Positions 33,468-35,404 of a DNA stretch of 35,404 bases are shown here, in pieces. The notes beneath the pieces were generated by a model. The model did not search any database and had not been told where the DNA came from. It worked only from the letters and a program-made list of their open reading frames with translations. The DNA lies in assembly GCA_964482595.1 (NCBI GenBank), contig CAYZYM010000053.1, positions 1 to 35,404 on the forward strand, read 5' to 3'. Made by a program: the position numbers and the translations under genes. Numbering within the stretch: the stretch's first letter is position 1; every line of letters starts with the position of its first letter. This DNA is from an uncultured bacterium (GTDB lineage Bacteria > Fidelibacterota > Marinisomatia > Marinisomatales > Marinisomataceae).

Positions 33468-34107
33468 TTCAGAATCTAAAAAAATTGTTAGCGATCCGTT
33501 AAATGTAAACAATCCTATTTCTTTACAAGTTTTAGGTATTTGTTCTGCTTTGGCAGTTACAATAAGGTTGGATCAGGCAATTATTATGACATTTGCTGTG
33601 ATATTTGTTTTGTGTTCATCGAATGTAGTGATTTCTTTATTAAGAGATTATATACCTGCTCGCGTTAGAATCGTTATAATGCTTTCAGTGATTGCATCAT
33701 TAGTTTCATTTGTTGATGAAGTGCTTCAAGCATATATGTATAACATGAGCAAGCAATTATCAGTGTTTGTTGGTCTTATTGTGACTAATTGCATTATTAT
33801 GGGTCGTGCTGAAGCATTTGCAATCAAGCATGGTCCTTCAAAAGCATTTTTAGATGGCCTAGGAAATGGATTAGGCTATGGAATGATCATTATTATTGTA
33901 TCATTTTTTAGAGAATTGTTTGGATCAGGGACCCTTACTTTGCCAGATGGTGGAGCAGGTTATGTATTATTTCAAATGCCAGATTGGTTATATGCTGCTG
34001 GCTATGAAAATATTGGATTGTTAGTGTTGTCGCCAGGAGCATTTTTCATATTAGGTTTTGTTATCTGGATGCAAAGAGAAATAGTTGGACTGGAGGAAGA
34101 AGAATAA
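33454..34107 (+). CDS. nqrD: Na+-translocating NADH:quinone oxidoreductase subunit D
   Basis: 217 aa, polytopic NqrD/RnfE type. Conserved Cys contexts are LGICSALAVT and TNCIIMGRAEAF. Confidence 0.92.
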   Translation: MELFDSESKKIVSDPLNVNNPISLQVLGICSALAVTIRLDQAIIMTFAVIFVLCSSNVVISLLRDYIPARVRIVIMLSVIASLVSFVDEVLQAYMYNMSKQLSVFVGLIVTNCIIMGRAEAFAIKHGPSKAFLDGLGNGLGYGMIIIIVSFFRELFGSGTLTLPDGGAGYVLFQMPDWLYAAGYENIGLLVLSPGAFFILGFVIWMQREIVGLEEEE

Positions 34108-34736
34108 TGGGCCTTGAACATTACCTTAGTATTTTTACAAAAGCTGTTTTTATTGAAAATATGGTTTTAGCATACTTTCTAGGGCTCTGTTCATTTTTAG
34201 CTATATCTAAGAAAATTGATGCGGCAGCTGGAATCGGAATGGCAGTAGTAGTTGTTTTGACTATCACAGCTCCAATTAATTGGTTTATTTATGAGTTCTT
34301 ATTAGGCAAAGGAGCTTTGCAATGGATTAATCCTGATAATCCTAAATTTGCTGAAATTGATCTAAGTTTTTTGAAACTTATTGTATTCATATCAGTCATT
34401 GCAGCAGCAGTTCAGTTGACAGAAATGTTTTTAGAGAAATTTTCACAATCGCTTTATAATAGTTTAGGCATATTCCTTCCATTGATTGCTGTGAACTGTT
34501 CTATTCTTGGAGGCTCTATGTTTATGGTAGAGAGAGAGTATTTTTTATTAGAAACAATGGTTTATGGTTTTGGTTCTGGAGTTGGTTTTTTATTGGCAAT
34601 TTTAGCTCTAGCATCTGTTAGATATAGACTGCGTTATTCCAATATCCCACCAAGATTAAGAGGTGTTGGCATGGCAATGATTTTAACAGGTTTATTGTCT
34701 ATGGCTTTTATGGCTTTTTCTGGAATTGATTTATGA
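34107..34736 (+). CDS. nqrE: Na+-translocating NADH:quinone oxidoreductase subunit E
   Basis: 209 aa, polytopic NqrE/RnfA type. Conserved Cys contexts are LGLCSFLAIS and AVNCSILGG. Confidence 0.92.
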   Translation: MGLEHYLSIFTKAVFIENMVLAYFLGLCSFLAISKKIDAAAGIGMAVVVVLTITAPINWFIYEFLLGKGALQWINPDNPKFAEIDLSFLKLIVFISVIAAAVQLTEMFLEKFSQSLYNSLGIFLPLIAVNCSILGGSMFMVEREYFLLETMVYGFGSGVGFLLAILALASVRYRLRYSNIPPRLRGVGMAMILTGLLSMAFMAFSGIDL

Positions 34737-35404
34737 GCGATTTTGCTATTACAGTATTATTAGCGATTACAGTTTTTACATCTGTGATATTATTGTTGGT
34801 AATTGTGCTTAACACTATTTCAAATTTTTTACTTCCTCAAGGAGAAGTTGATATAATTATTAATGATGATCCAAGTAAATCATTAAAAGTTCAAACAGGG
34901 TCTACTGTATTATCAGCACTGTCTTCTCAAAACGTATATCTCCCATCCGCATGTGGAGGACAAGGAACTTGTGCTCAATGCAAATGTCAAGTTGTAGAAG
35001 GAGGGGGAGAAATATTAACAACTGAGAAAGCTTATATCAGCAGAAAAGATCAGAAAGATCATTGGAGATTAGGATGTCAGGTTAAGATTAGAGATAATAT
35101 GAAGATTAAAGTTCCTGATGAAATTTTTAGTATTAGAAAATGGGATGCGGTAGTGAAATCTAATGACAATGTTGCAACTTTTATTAAAGAATTGATTCTT
35201 CAATTACCTGAAGATGACCCTATCTTATTTGAGTCTGGCGGCTATATTCAAATTGATGTTCCAAAATATAAAGATTTGGATTATAAAAGTTTTGATATTG
35301 GTGATGAATATAGAGATGATTGGGATAAATTTGATGTTTGGCAATATAAAGCAGAGAATCCTGAACCAGTTTTTAGAGCATATTCAATGGCAAATCATCC
35401 AGCT
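34733..35404 (+). CDS. nqrF: Na+-translocating NADH:quinone oxidoreductase subunit F (partial, runs off the right edge)
   Basis: ATG 34733 forms an ATGA overlap with nqrE. A TM anchor is followed by the 2Fe-2S ferredoxin motif SACGGQGTCAQCKC...LGCQ and the start of the FAD-binding domain (RAYSMANHPA). 224 codons are visible. Confidence 0.9.
   Translation, partial: MSDFAITVLLAITVFTSVILLLVIVLNTISNFLLPQGEVDIIINDDPSKSLKVQTGSTVLSALSSQNVYLPSACGGQGTCAQCKCQVVEGGGEILTTEKAYISRKDQKDHWRLGCQVKIRDNMKIKVPDEIFSIRKWDAVVKSNDNVATFIKELILQLPEDDPILFESGGYIQIDVPKYKDLDYKSFDIGDEYRDDWDKFDVWQYKAENPEPVFRAYSMANHPA

Noticed and set aside
1-35404. CRISPR arrays, long tandem or interspersed repeats, IS elements, stop-codon reassignment
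   Set aside because: I saw no regularly spaced direct repeats and no transposase or integrase ORFs. TGA, TAA and TAG all terminate well-conserved proteins at their expected lengths, so there is no evidence for recoding. This was a reading by eye only; a repeat finder would be more sensitive.

Overview
This is an AT-rich, very gene-dense bacterial chromosome segment that uses the standard code (TGA, TAA and TAG all act as stops).

**Left arm (1-5199, minus strand)**
- A partial BNR/Asp-box beta-propeller + PKD secreted protein. It is absent from the ORF track because it runs off the left edge.
- A PKD-PKD-cohesin-like lipoprotein that overlaps its start.
- A saccharopine-dehydrogenase-family gene.
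- tRNA-Asp(GUC), wedged between two CDSs.
- A small DUF3098-like membrane protein.

**Plus-strand block (5264-27994)**
This is 24 co-oriented, mostly housekeeping genes with almost no spacers:
- mltG, pcrA/uvrD, a Fur-family regulator, a YhaM-like OB+HD protein, an unknown outer-membrane-like protein, an HNH endonuclease
- trpS, scpA, scpB, rluB, cmk, rpsA, a YbbR-domain protein, tsaD, an unknown membrane protein
- serS, plsC, rfaE-domain-II, a LysM lytic transglycosylase, an IHF/HU protein
- an unlisted 31-aa basic peptide (AURKAIP1/COX24- or bS22-like), nadK, pepC, a DUF457-like hydrolase

**Right arm**
A convergent proline dehydrogenase, a GltD-like flavoprotein, and nqrABCDE plus a partial nqrF.

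**Likely source (inference only)**
The gene content suggests a streamlined marine FCB-group or Marinimicrobia-like bacterium.

**Hunt result**
I found no CRISPR array, transposase, integrase, prophage, toxin-antitoxin pair or recognisable defence system. The window reads as core genome, and I cannot support a claim of a clearly novel system.

The items most worth a second look:
- the cohesin-like lipoprotein / BNR-propeller operon, which is GC-richer than the rest of the window
- the tRNA-punctuated minus-strand operon
- the unlisted small basic ORF
- a YhaM-like protein whose HD dyad reads HQ
- two unassignable envelope proteins
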